64,000 nt of DNA from an uncultured Pseudomonadales bacterium. Its GTDB lineage: Bacteria > Patescibacteriota > Microgenomatia > UBA1400 > PJMF01. The translations under genes were made by a program, and so were the position numbers. Position 1 is the stretch's first letter, and each line of letters begins with the position of its first letter. The stretch covers positions 117,530 through 181,529 of the forward strand of contig CAZWKL010000001.1 of NCBI GenBank assembly GCA_964633875.1, written 5' to 3'. The notes beneath the pieces are model-generated. The model saw only the letters and a program-made list of their open reading frames with translations, ran no database searches and was not told the origin of the DNA. Below are positions 8,941-18,721 of the stretch, piece after piece.

Positions 8941-10290
8941 TTAGTTTTTCCAACTTTTGATGATAAAGTAAACTGAATCGGCAAAATCAGGGCTAACAGC
9001 AATGTTGGTCCAGTGAGGATACCAAATCGCAAAATTAACTGCAATCAACACCACCGCCACTAAGCTGATTTTCTTGACCAGAGGGCGCTTTTTTTCTATC
9101 CACATTTGCCAAAGCCAGTAAGCCAAGATGATACAGAGCAAGGGCACTGCCGGAGTGTAATGATAAAAGAACATAATTCGTGGCGAAAACTGCCAAGGTA
9201 ACCAAACGGCTAAATAAACGGCCAGTAGATATAATAATGGCAACCCGCCCTTGGTTTTGCCTTTTTTGACCAAGAGATCACCCAGCGTCCAGAGTATCGT
9301 TGCCGCTCCCAACCAAAACAACAGCGGGTTGCCAACAGCATAAATATTGCCTTCCTTGTCCGATGCCTGCCTTTCTACTGCAATCCAGACAGGTTTTAGG
9401 TTTAAGAACCATTGCCAAGGCTTTGATTGAGCGGGGTGAGTAGCTTCTAAATTGATCTGATAACGCCAGGTTTGATTGTGCATTTCAATCAAGTGTGTTA
9501 AATCCTTGCCTTGCCAGAACATTTGTGCATAGCTCAATAAATAAATAAATGCCGGCACTACCACCAAAGAGGCAGCAATTTTGGCCAGATTGAGCATCGC
9601 AACTCCTACATTTTTTTGGAAATTTTTCTTGGTTAAATAAAATTTGCTCAAGATTACTGCTTCTATCAATCCGGTAATCAGCAAAGCAAACACCCCCGAC
9701 CATTTGGTGGCGGTAGCCAGACCTCCGGCCACTCCGGTCAAGAGCAACCATTTTGAAAACTGATATTGACGCCGGCCATACTTAATCAGCTTCAAGTGTT
9801 TGAAGTAAAACAAAAGCGTTAGCAGGATAAAAAAAGCCACATGAATATCATTCATGGCAATTCTAGACATAACTAAAAGTAAGCCATCAAAAGCAGCCAG
9901 CAACGCCGCCAGTAAACTTAAAGCTTTGTTTTCAAAAAGTTCTTTAGCCAAGAGTGCTGTCAGCCAAATTATCGCCGTACCAAAAAGAGCGGAACTAAAC
10001 CTCCAGGAAAAAGCGTTCTCACCTAGGGTATAGATAAAAAACGCCTGAGTGTACTTAGCCAGCGGTGGGTGCAACCAATCCACCGCAGTGTCAGGTTCTG
10101 GAGGCGGATTCCACCACTCAAAAGCGCGCGGATCGTTGCGCGCCATTAGTTTAGCGGTGGCAGCGTGATAAACCTCATCAAATATATACGTCACCGGTTT
10201 ATGAAGCAGAAAAACTCGGCTCACAAAAGCAAACAGCAGGATTAGCAGCAAAATAGTCGAGTAATATCGATCAACATTTATTTTGATCAT
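8941..10290 (-). CDS. GT-C fold membrane glycosyltransferase, GT39/PMT-like (polyprenol-phosphate-sugar dependent)
   Basis: Multi-TM protein with a first-loop FDEVYH acidic motif and HPP motif, as in protein O-mannosyltransferase / ArnT-like enzymes. Confidence 0.65.
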   Translation of the reverse strand: MIKINVDRYYSTILLLILLFAFVSRVFLLHKPVTYIFDEVYHAATAKLMARNDPRAFEWWNPPPEPDTAVDWLHPPLAKYTQAFFIYTLGENAFSWRFSSALFGTAIIWLTALLAKELFENKALSLLAALLAAFDGLLLVMSRIAMNDIHVAFFILLTLLFYFKHLKLIKYGRRQYQFSKWLLLTGVAGGLATATKWSGVFALLITGLIEAVILSKFYLTKKNFQKNVGVAMLNLAKIAASLVVVPAFIYLLSYAQMFWQGKDLTHLIEMHNQTWRYQINLEATHPAQSKPWQWFLNLKPVWIAVERQASDKEGNIYAVGNPLLFWLGAATILWTLGDLLVKKGKTKGGLPLLYLLAVYLAVWLPWQFSPRIMFFYHYTPAVPLLCIILAYWLWQMWIEKKRPLVKKISLVAVVLIAVNFAIWYPHWTNIAVSPDFADSVYFIIKSWKN

Positions 10291-10291
10291 T

Positions 10292-11251
10292 TTAAGAAAG
10301 GACGTAAATAATAATCATCACTGCCAAACCAAAGAGAGAAGCAATGGCCAAAAGCGGCCGGTCAGTCAACAACACTTTTTCCGGTGACTCGCCGCGATTG
10401 TTCTCATAAACCAGCTGCAGATACCGCATAATCCCCAAAATCACGAAAGGCAAGGAAAACATCAGTAATTTTTGCGACTGCAAAGCTTTGGGCAAATAAG
10501 TGTAGAGATTTAAAAAGCGATGATCGGGGGTATCTATCTCATTTTGAAAAGCAAAAAGCGCAAAAGTTAGCCAGGTTGAATTAGCGAACATGCCCGTATA
10601 CTGATCCAGCAATCGTTGACTGTACCTTTTGAGCGCCTTACGAGTTGGCCCTACCTCTTCCGCCCGGTTTTTCATTAGGGTTCTTTCGCTTTGTCGTTTG
10701 CCCACCGCCAAGAAGAGTGAGGCGGAAATCACCGTCAACAAAAACCAAACATTCATATGCAGATTGACCACCACCGCACCGGCATAAATTCTGATCAAAA
10801 AACCGGTAGCAATTGAACCCACATCTAAAATTGGAATATGTTTTAGTTTGGTAGCATACAAGATTTGCAGTAATAAATAGCCAAGCAGCATCAATCTAAA
10901 GAAAACCGGAAACCAAAATGATGCCAGCAATACCACTGACAAACCAATCACCACCGCCAGCATGGCCACTTCCTTGGGTAATTTACCGGAAGCAATCGGC
11001 CTATTTTTTTTCACCGGGTGCTGTCGGTCTGCTTCGTAATCAATGATGTCGTTAATGAAATAAACAGTTGACGTTAGAACAGAAAATAATATGGCTGCCA
11101 AAGTAACAATAGTGAAATATGACAAGCCGTCAGGGGGGTCATAAAAGAAGAACCCGGAAAATACTAAAGTGGCATAGAGTGAAAGGTTCTTAATCCATTG
11201 CACCGGTCTGGCGGATTTAATTAGTAGCGCCAAGATGTTGCTGTCACTCAT
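10292..11251 (-). CDS. UbiA-family prenyltransferase, DPPR-synthase-like (decaprenyl-phosphate phosphoribosyltransferase-like)
   Basis: NDIIDYEADRQHPVKKNRPIASG (NDxxDxxxD plus a PIASG box), about 8 TM helices, 319 aa. Confidence 0.7.
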   Translation of the reverse strand: MSDSNILALLIKSARPVQWIKNLSLYATLVFSGFFFYDPPDGLSYFTIVTLAAILFSVLTSTVYFINDIIDYEADRQHPVKKNRPIASGKLPKEVAMLAVVIGLSVVLLASFWFPVFFRLMLLGYLLLQILYATKLKHIPILDVGSIATGFLIRIYAGAVVVNLHMNVWFLLTVISASLFLAVGKRQSERTLMKNRAEEVGPTRKALKRYSQRLLDQYTGMFANSTWLTFALFAFQNEIDTPDHRFLNLYTYLPKALQSQKLLMFSLPFVILGIMRYLQLVYENNRGESPEKVLLTDRPLLAIASLFGLAVMIIIYVLS

Positions 11252-11254
11252 TGT

Positions 11255-12328
11255 TTATGCTTTCTCCCGTGCCTGTAGGGTTTTCCATTTTGCCCAAATT
11301 AAGAAGCCAAAAACTCCTACAACAACCAGGGTGATAGTGACTATTTTACCAATTGTATTCAAGTAAAGCGAAAGGATTCCCAGAACTAAGCTGGCAAACC
11401 AGTAAAATACGGCAATTTTTCTCTTACTCCATTTTAAGACGTCAAGTAATTTATGGTGTAAATGTCCACGGTCTCCCCACAAAGGTGATTTTCCTGCTCT
11501 GATTCGGCGTAAAATGGTGAAAATAGCATCCGCGGTGGGTACTGCCAACACCATCAGGGTTGTAGCCACTTTAGCGCCGCTGATAATCGCCAAAATGCTG
11601 AGAAAATATCCGGCTAAGGAACCAGCGCCATAACCGGGCATAATTTTTTGCGGATACCAGTTCCAAAGCAAAAAACCGGCGTAAGCTCCAGCAATGATAA
11701 AACTAAAGTGCGCAGTGTCGAATTGAGTGGGGTCATCAATAAATCTCAACGATAAAATGCCGACAAATATCAGAGCAATAGCCACAAATCCGGGCATTTG
11801 TCCATCCAAACCCTTAGACCAATTAACAATATTCATGTTCCATAAAATAAAAATCAAAGCAAACAAATCAGCCAGCACCCAGATTGTTCTGGTTCGGCCG
11901 AAGATATCGATGGCTAGTTGAGGATGATTGAGATGAATTACTCCCGCGCTGAACGGGTCACTGATGTAAGCGATCCCGATACCGGAACCGACCACTATTA
12001 AAGCCGCTGCCAGGCCGGTTAGCAGCCTAATTAAAGGGTGAATATCAAAAATATCATCAAAAATTCCTACTACAGTTAGTAGTAACGCTCCCGCCATGAT
12101 GGCAATGAGGTAGCGATCAACTTGGAGGAAAAGCAAGGCGGCCATCAGGATGCTCAGGAAAATTACAATGCCGCCGCCTCTGGGAACGGGTTTGGAGTGG
12201 GTGTTTTTCAATCTAAGCTTGGAATTGTGTTCTCCCAGCCAATGATTTTTTCGATACCACTTGATTACCAATGGCGCAAGGCCGGCTGCAATTATAAAAG
12301 TGAAGATAAAACCAAGCATGGCTACCAA
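11255..12328 (-). CDS. Glycosyltransferase family 4 polyprenyl-phosphate sugar-1-phosphate transferase (WecA/MraY family)
   Basis: Multi-TM protein with IFDDIFD (DDxxD) and NMNIVNWSKGLDG motifs. Confidence 0.8.
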   Translation of the reverse strand: MVAMLGFIFTFIIAAGLAPLVIKWYRKNHWLGEHNSKLRLKNTHSKPVPRGGGIVIFLSILMAALLFLQVDRYLIAIMAGALLLTVVGIFDDIFDIHPLIRLLTGLAAALIVVGSGIGIAYISDPFSAGVIHLNHPQLAIDIFGRTRTIWVLADLFALIFILWNMNIVNWSKGLDGQMPGFVAIALIFVGILSLRFIDDPTQFDTAHFSFIIAGAYAGFLLWNWYPQKIMPGYGAGSLAGYFLSILAIISGAKVATTLMVLAVPTADAIFTILRRIRAGKSPLWGDRGHLHHKLLDVLKWSKRKIAVFYWFASLVLGILSLYLNTIGKIVTITLVVVGVFGFLIWAKWKTLQAREKA

Positions 12329-12696
12329 GTAATATATATGATTCTTAACAAAGCCAACAGTAAAAGAAACTGAATCACTACGGTGAAGAATCCAAACAAC
12401 CTCAGCAAAATAATTTCATAGTCTTTCATGGCTGAGAGTAATAAAAGGTGGATGAAATTAATTGCAAAAGCTATGCCCGGAAACAAAAACAACCAAGGTT
12501 TAGTTGCCAGCTGCTGGTTGGGTTGAGCCAGAGAATAAAACATCGGCACTGCGGGTTGAGCAGCAATAAAGTATGAAACAGCAGCTACAGTAATCAGCAG
12601 CGAAATGGCAACAGAATAAGACAGTGGTTTTTTGGCAGATTCAGGAATGACAAACTTTGGCAATCTGAAAAAGGTTCGCTTAACTATTTTCATCAT
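12322..12696 (-). CDS. Hypothetical small membrane protein (3 TM)
   Basis: Hydrophobic 124-aa ORF overlapping both neighbours in the minus-strand operon. Confidence 0.35.
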   Translation of the reverse strand: MMKIVKRTFFRLPKFVIPESAKKPLSYSVAISLLITVAAVSYFIAAQPAVPMFYSLAQPNQQLATKPWLFLFPGIAFAINFIHLLLLSAMKDYEIILLRLFGFFTVVIQFLLLLALLRIIYITW

Positions 12697-14353
12697 TTGC
12701 TATTCTACGCCACAGGATATAGTTGTCAAAGGTCGCTGCTGGCCGGTAGTGAGCATGAAGATAAGTGTAAAAATCAGGGAAATTGTAGCCTTCACTTTTC
12801 ATCACCACGATATAGCGCGGAGCTTCCTCAACCACTGCCTCCATGGTTTGGTCATAAACTTCCAGGTCTTTGATGTGAAAGGCTACCGTAAATTTTCCCA
12901 CCGGACTGGCTCCGGATTGGGCATAAAGCATCGGGTTGGTGCCCCAAACAAAAATTTTGTTTTCGCCTGAGGCTCTGATGATTTTTGCGGCGGTATAGTT
13001 ATCGTCCATCAGATAATTAAAACGGCGATTATACTCCTGAACACTTATTTGGCCGGTTCTGAGTTCCCACCAGTTTTGGTAATAGGCTTTGACGGGGTAA
13101 ACTCCAACCTGCAGTAGGAGCATCACCGTCCCAAACAAACCAACCCCACCAAGCGTAGCTAACCAGTTACCAGCCATGGAAAAATTAAATTGCTTTTTCT
13201 TTCTAATAACATCAAATAAATCATTGAAAAATATACCCATCAAAAGACTAAGCGGGGGCAATGCTTGCAGGAAATAATGTGGATATGGGCGGTTAGAAAG
13301 CAAACTGGCAAAAAGCGCCAAAATAAACCAGGCCAGTAAAAACTGGATGCCGGGTTTGAACAACTTTTTAAAAAAGGCGGCCAGCAAAATTAGCGCTGTC
13401 GCAATAGCAAATTTTCCCTGAAGGGTAAAAGCAAAAATAAGCAACCGGTTATCAAAAGGCAGTCCCCAGTTGCCGGCGTAATGGAAATTGTAAAGCAGGC
13501 CATACTGTAAGTAATCCGCCCCCGAGCCCTTGGCCACGAAGTACAGGGCCGAAACCACAATAGGAATCAGTATGCCGGCAATCAATAATCCCCACTGCCT
13601 GATCACCCTAAGCAAGAGCGGTCGCCACTTTTTCATTTGCTTGGGTGCGAAGGTAAAAGTGTTAGCCAAAATAAAGAAGCCGATAGTACCAAAAGCCGCA
13701 AAATCAAACAAGGCCGGCACTTTGGTTAAAACACCCAACCCAAAAGCCATGCCGGCGCCAAGCAGTAGCCAGACTTCTTTTTTATCAAGCTTGAGCGCCG
13801 TTTTTGGTTTGACCAACTTAGCAAAGTAACTCGAGTATGATACTAGCACCGCGCCCAGCATCACTAAGCCAATTACGAAAAGTTCACCATTGGGAATGTT
13901 GCCCTCAAACCAGGGCAAGGTAGTGAAAAGAGCAAAAATAATTGTGGCTATTCCTGCGGCCAGTCGCCTTTGAGAAAGTCTGAGAGCAAAAAGGTAAAAC
14001 AAAACTGTGGTGGCGCTCATCCAGAAAAAATTAAGAATCCTAAAATTAAGCTGAGTGCCCACTTGAGCCAACCAATAAATAATGGGTGTTTTGTGGTCTA
14101 CGATGTCAGTATAAAGTTGGGCGCCTTTATTCAAAGCCTGGCCAATGGTGAGGTAAATGCCTTCATCGCCGTACCAGTAAGGTTCGTAAAAATTGGGCAC
14201 TCTTAATATCACCACCAGGCCCAGTGCCACCAACAGCAAGGCGTGTTGATCCAAAAATTTATCTAACTTTTTGATGGACTTGAGGGCATTTGCTAACACA
14301 AAAACAGTATACTGAGGTTTTTTAAGAATGGAAAGTATGGAACTCATTGCCAA
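12680..14353 (-). CDS. GT-C fold membrane glycosyltransferase (ArnT/PMT-like, COG1807-type)
   Basis: About 12 TM helices, a YWYGDEGIY acidic first-loop motif, and a C-terminal soluble domain. Confidence 0.55.
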   Translation of the reverse strand: MAMSSILSILKKPQYTVFVLANALKSIKKLDKFLDQHALLLVALGLVVILRVPNFYEPYWYGDEGIYLTIGQALNKGAQLYTDIVDHKTPIIYWLAQVGTQLNFRILNFFWMSATTVLFYLFALRLSQRRLAAGIATIIFALFTTLPWFEGNIPNGELFVIGLVMLGAVLVSYSSYFAKLVKPKTALKLDKKEVWLLLGAGMAFGLGVLTKVPALFDFAAFGTIGFFILANTFTFAPKQMKKWRPLLLRVIRQWGLLIAGILIPIVVSALYFVAKGSGADYLQYGLLYNFHYAGNWGLPFDNRLLIFAFTLQGKFAIATALILLAAFFKKLFKPGIQFLLAWFILALFASLLSNRPYPHYFLQALPPLSLLMGIFFNDLFDVIRKKKQFNFSMAGNWLATLGGVGLFGTVMLLLQVGVYPVKAYYQNWWELRTGQISVQEYNRRFNYLMDDNYTAAKIIRASGENKIFVWGTNPMLYAQSGASPVGKFTVAFHIKDLEVYDQTMEAVVEEAPRYIVVMKSEGYNFPDFYTYLHAHYRPAATFDNYILWRRIANDENS

Positions 14354-14372
14354 ACCCCACTCATCCTACTGT

Positions 14373-15893
14373 TTAAACTTTTTCAGTCACTTTGTACTCA
14401 ATATACTTGCCTAGCATCAACCGCGTGTGAGCGTCAATTCCCGGCAAGGCAGAAAAGAAAAAGCCGACAATAGGCAAGAGGAAAAATTCAAGCGGCTGTA
14501 AAATATAAGAAAGCGGATTTTTGCGGTTGGGGCGCGGCGGTCTATTTAAAGCATCAATCACAAAAATCACCACCATCGAAATCAGGGCCATAGTTAGCAA
14601 AGTAGAAGTAACTTGCGGCAGTGTTTTCCCTAGGACAGTGCGATTAAACTCTTCATTTAAAAGTGGCGGCAAGAAAGCGGAGATAGTAATGGCAAACCAG
14701 TTCACCGGCCAGAGGAAATGATCCTCAATCGTTTGTGAAACCCTAATAGTTTTATCCAGAAAAGGAATGTCTTTGGCCTCAATATATTTGCGGATAATAT
14801 AAGCATCATCACTAACACCCCAAGCCCAGCGCTTGAGTTGCTCATATTGATTGACAAAAGTCCCCCACCAACTCGAAGACTCGGCAGCATCGGCATAAAT
14901 AGGCAGAAAAATCGGCAACACTTCAAAATCTCCTTTTTTGGCAAAATAAGACTTAAAGAAAAGCCGGTAATCTTCAGGAATGACATCGGTGTCCCAGTAG
15001 CCAATTTCGTGGACATGTTTGAGCGAAGTCGAGTAAGTAGAAAAATTGATCAATCTATCCGAGCGCATTAAAATATGCATTTGAATGACTGAGAACATCG
15101 AAGCCAGAACTCTCACTGGTGCCGGCACTCGCCAAATGTTGTTGTAAAAAACAATCGCTCCTTGCCAAATGGCATTAAAAGGTTTTTTGGTGGCAAGAAA
15201 ACTATGAGTGAAGGCGGCAAAATAATGTTTGTGAAACTGGGCATCGGCATCTTCGCTAGTAATAGTGATGTTTTCTATTGGCATACCAATTTCATCAACC
15301 AGTTTTCTCTTGGCAATTTTCGCCCCCCAACAAGTATTGGAAGATTTGCCCTTCACTTCTCCTTCAATATCCGGATGCTTGGTAGTCCACAAGTTGCCGA
15401 ATTTACCTTTGAATTGTTGTTCTATCTTGGCTGCTTTATCAGTCGCGTCCTGACCTTCTCGCTCTTCAAACGAAACCATAATATGAATATTTTTTCGCGG
15501 ATAACTTTGCTTAGAAAGTGCCAAAATCGTTCGCTCTAAAATTTCCACTGGTTCTTTATAGGTGGGAATGACCACAATATGATGAATAGAGTTCCATTTT
15601 TTGGGAAAGGTTTTTTTCAGATTTTCTACCCAGTCAAACCTGGAAGCGGCCTTAATCCTGAAATGAGCTACTACGGCCAGCACCGCCATAGTTAGTGAGC
15701 GAAAAAGCCAATAAACCGCGAAAGCAATGACGTAATAAGCTACCAGGGTGGGAACAAAAAATGAACCCCAGAAAGGAAAGAGGATCAGCGACCAAGAAAA
15801 CAAGCCCGGCAAAATTTCCAGCCCGCGCTGGGTTTTGACCGGATGGCGTTTAACGTATGTTCTAAGCCAATTTCCCATATCTTCCTTACTCAC
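14373..15893 (-). CDS. Processive family-2 glycosyltransferase (cellulose/chitin-synthase-like, membrane-embedded)
   Basis: VVIPTYKEP, D,D,D motifs and QYEQLKRW (QxxRW), with TM helices at both ends. Confidence 0.75.
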   Translation of the reverse strand: MSKEDMGNWLRTYVKRHPVKTQRGLEILPGLFSWSLILFPFWGSFFVPTLVAYYVIAFAVYWLFRSLTMAVLAVVAHFRIKAASRFDWVENLKKTFPKKWNSIHHIVVIPTYKEPVEILERTILALSKQSYPRKNIHIMVSFEEREGQDATDKAAKIEQQFKGKFGNLWTTKHPDIEGEVKGKSSNTCWGAKIAKRKLVDEIGMPIENITITSEDADAQFHKHYFAAFTHSFLATKKPFNAIWQGAIVFYNNIWRVPAPVRVLASMFSVIQMHILMRSDRLINFSTYSTSLKHVHEIGYWDTDVIPEDYRLFFKSYFAKKGDFEVLPIFLPIYADAAESSSWWGTFVNQYEQLKRWAWGVSDDAYIIRKYIEAKDIPFLDKTIRVSQTIEDHFLWPVNWFAITISAFLPPLLNEEFNRTVLGKTLPQVTSTLLTMALISMVVIFVIDALNRPPRPNRKNPLSYILQPLEFFLLPIVGFFFSALPGIDAHTRLMLGKYIEYKVTEKV

Positions 15894-16708
15894 TATAGCA
15901 AATTAAAAGTCCTAAGAGCATTGTCGTACAGCTGCTCTAAGCTGGTTTGCTTGATTTCCGCGATTGCGGCCGCGGTTTTTGTCACCATCCAAGGCTCGCA
16001 AATTTTACCCCGAAACTCTTGAGGAGGCAAATAGGGAGCGTCGGTTTCGGTTAAAACCCTGTCTTTTGGCGTTATTGCCAGCAATTTTCTGATGTTTTCT
16101 GCCTTTGGATAAGTGATATTGCCGGCAAAACTAATCAAGGCGCCTTGACGAACTGCTTCCTGAATATAGCTTTCCGGACCAGAAGCGCAGTGCAGAATCC
16201 AGGTGAGTTGTGAAGCATAGTCTTTCATCATTGCCAAAGTGTCCCAGTAGGCGTTGTCGCTCTCTGGTGTTATTGGGGTGTTTTTATCCCTTACATGGAT
16301 GCTGATCGGCAATTGATACTTTAAAGCCAGCTTGAGATGAGCCTGAAAAAGTTCTTTTTGTTTGGCAATAATTATTTTTTTTTCTTCGTTCTCTTTGAGC
16401 CAAAAGTAATCCAGACCAGTTTCACCAATGCCGGCTAATTTTACTGAGTGCTTGGCTGCTAAATCATTTAACTTGCTGATAGTTTCCTCAAGATTGAGCT
16501 GGGCTGCTTCACTGGGATGAATGCCAAGGCCACCTAAAATATTTGGCTGCTGTCCAGCCAGCTCAAGGCTCAATTCAGAGCTGGGCAAACTAGTGCCGGG
16601 GACAAAAGTATGAGTGACGCCGTTTTGATTGGCTTCCTGCCAATGTTGCTGCCATTTTTCTGCCAGCGGCGCCAGATTTAAGTGACCATGGGTGTCAAAA
16701 AAATTCAT
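15893..16708 (-). CDS. tatD: TatD-family metal-dependent hydrolase (DNase)
   Basis: N-terminal FDTHGHL motif, 271 aa, conserved TatD His/Asp/Glu pattern. Confidence 0.85.
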   Translation of the reverse strand: MNFFDTHGHLNLAPLAEKWQQHWQEANQNGVTHTFVPGTSLPSSELSLELAGQQPNILGGLGIHPSEAAQLNLEETISKLNDLAAKHSVKLAGIGETGLDYFWLKENEEKKIIIAKQKELFQAHLKLALKYQLPISIHVRDKNTPITPESDNAYWDTLAMMKDYASQLTWILHCASGPESYIQEAVRQGALISFAGNITYPKAENIRKLLAITPKDRVLTETDAPYLPPQEFRGKICEPWMVTKTAAAIAEIKQTSLEQLYDNALRTFNLL

Positions 16709-16723
16709 GTCAATCTCTAATTT

Positions 16724-18181
16724 CTAATCCAGCCTGGGAAATAAAGGCTTCAGGGGCTCGATTTCTTCAGCCTGAAAATGAGTAATAATTTGTTCGGCGG
16801 TGTCGGGCATCAAGGGCTGCAGTTTTCCGGCGATCAGCAATAGGTCTGAGATGGCTTGTTCCAGGATGGGTTGGGCAGCGGTTGCTTCAAGTTTCCAGGG
16901 TTGGGCTTCTGCCAAGTATTTGTCTAACTCGGCCACGCTTTTGGTTTTGCCGCCCGTTTGAGTGATCAGCGTTTGCAGCGCCTCGCCCAAGTTGTAGCTG
17001 GCCATCAACTTTTGATATTCATCAGGGCTAGCTAGGGGATTTTCAGTGCTTGGTGCTGTTGGCCGGTGGGCATAATTGGTTTTTTGGCTGATAGCTGCCA
17101 ATCGGGAACAAAGGTTGCCTAAACCATTGGCTAAGTCCGCTGTATAAACTGTGTCCAGCTTTTCCCAAGTAACGTCCATATCTTCGCCAAAGGGTCCAAG
17201 ATTGATGAGTAAGTACCTGGCGCCATCAACCCCGTAGCGCTCCACCATCTCGGTGGGAGTGATAACGTTGCCGAGCGACTTGCTCATTTTTTGGCCACCG
17301 ACATTAATAAAGCCGTTGATTAAAATTTTGGCTGAAGTGGGCAATCCGGCCGACATCAGCATGGCTTGCCACATGGCCGATTGCTGCCTGAGGTTGTCTT
17401 TGCCGGCAACTTGAACTCCCGGCCAATATTTTTGGTAATTGGCTTGATCTTCCGGCCAGCCCAAAGTAGAAACATAATTCACCAAAGCGTCAAACCAAAC
17501 ATACATCACGTGTTGGTCGTCGCCAGGCACAGGAATGCCCCAGGGCATTTTTTCTTTAAGGCGGGAAATGCTGAAGTCTTCCAGGCCTTGCTCAACAAAA
17601 CTAGTAATTTCCGCCAACTTTCCCCTTGGTACCATGAAAGCCTCGGTGTTTTCATAAAGATTTTGTAACTCATCCTGATATTTAGAAAAGCGGAAAAAGT
17701 AGTTTTCTTCCTCACGGGTTTCCAGCACTTTATTTGGATGTAGCGGGCATTTACCATTTTCCAGCTCAGAAGCCTGTTTTTCCAGCTCGCAACCAACACA
17801 GTACATGACCTTATACATGCGCTTATAAATATCTCCATTGGCTTCGCACCGGCGCCAAAACTCTTGGGCTGCTTTTTTGTGCTTGGGATCGGTGGTGCGG
17901 ATAAAATGCGTGTAACTCAAGTTCAGCAATTTTTTTAAATTTTCAAAGTGAGCAGCGTACTCGTCTGCATAAGCTTGAGGTTCTTTGTTTTCCTCCAAAG
18001 CTTTTTCGTAAATTTTCTGCCCATGCTCATCGGTGCCGGTATTGAAAACTACTTCCCGGCCCAGAGCACGCTGATGCCTGGCAATGACATCGGCAGCCAC
18101 AATTTCCAGCGCAAAGCCGATATGAGGCGAAGCATTCACATACGGCAAAGTAGTGGTGATATAAAAATAAGGCTCAATCAT
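16724..18181 (-). CDS. metG: Methionyl-tRNA synthetase (short form, no C-terminal tRNA-binding extension)
   Basis: PHIGF (HIGH-type) and KMSKS motifs. Zinc knuckle CVGC...C. 485 aa. Confidence 0.9.
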   Translation of the reverse strand: MIEPYFYITTTLPYVNASPHIGFALEIVAADVIARHQRALGREVVFNTGTDEHGQKIYEKALEENKEPQAYADEYAAHFENLKKLLNLSYTHFIRTTDPKHKKAAQEFWRRCEANGDIYKRMYKVMYCVGCELEKQASELENGKCPLHPNKVLETREEENYFFRFSKYQDELQNLYENTEAFMVPRGKLAEITSFVEQGLEDFSISRLKEKMPWGIPVPGDDQHVMYVWFDALVNYVSTLGWPEDQANYQKYWPGVQVAGKDNLRQQSAMWQAMLMSAGLPTSAKILINGFINVGGQKMSKSLGNVITPTEMVERYGVDGARYLLINLGPFGEDMDVTWEKLDTVYTADLANGLGNLCSRLAAISQKTNYAHRPTAPSTENPLASPDEYQKLMASYNLGEALQTLITQTGGKTKSVAELDKYLAEAQPWKLEATAAQPILEQAISDLLLIAGKLQPLMPDTAEQIITHFQAEEIEPLKPLFPRLD

Positions 18182-18205
18182 TCCAGGTTGGATTATACAG
18201 GATCT

Positions 18206-18697
18206 TTACTGATGTCTAAACCTGTTATTGACGCGGTTGGCCAAAAACTCAAAAATCGCTGCCGACCCAACCAGCGGCGCGGCCCAGCTCCACTCAAAAA
18301 TCACTCTTTGCAGTCTAAAAAAAACTAAAATAGCGATGACCAGGCTCAGAATTAAACCGCGGCGGGTATTAAGCATCAGATAGCTAAAAAAAAGTAAGTT
18401 GGCAAAAAAGAGCAACAGGGTGAAAGGTAGATAAGAATTGGGAAAAAGGACGTTAGCAATTTCGTTGGGATAGATATTGGCTAATAGCCAAAAGATTGAT
18501 AAGTAAAGCAGCATGCTAACTAAAAGCAGTGGCAAAAACTTGAGGTATTTTTCACTTTTTTTTGAGCCAGCTATTTTTCTAATAGCAGGTTTTCCAACAG
18601 CAGGATTTTTACTTACCGGTGGCCGAACTCGTTTTTTCCTAACTGCCGCCTTGCCAATTTTAGGAGATAATCTGGATTTGGCTTTTTGCATCTTCAC
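18206..18697 (-). CDS. Hypothetical membrane protein with basic N-terminus
   Basis: Lys/Arg-rich N-terminal 50 aa followed by 3-4 TM helices. No recognisable domain. Confidence 0.4.
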   Translation of the reverse strand: MKMQKAKSRLSPKIGKAAVRKKRVRPPVSKNPAVGKPAIRKIAGSKKSEKYLKFLPLLLVSMLLYLSIFWLLANIYPNEIANVLFPNSYLPFTLLLFFANLLFFSYLMLNTRRGLILSLVIAILVFFRLQRVIFEWSWAAPLVGSAAIFEFLANRVNNRFRHQ

Positions 18698-18721
18698 TTA
18701 ATTTAGTATACTGTATCCACG

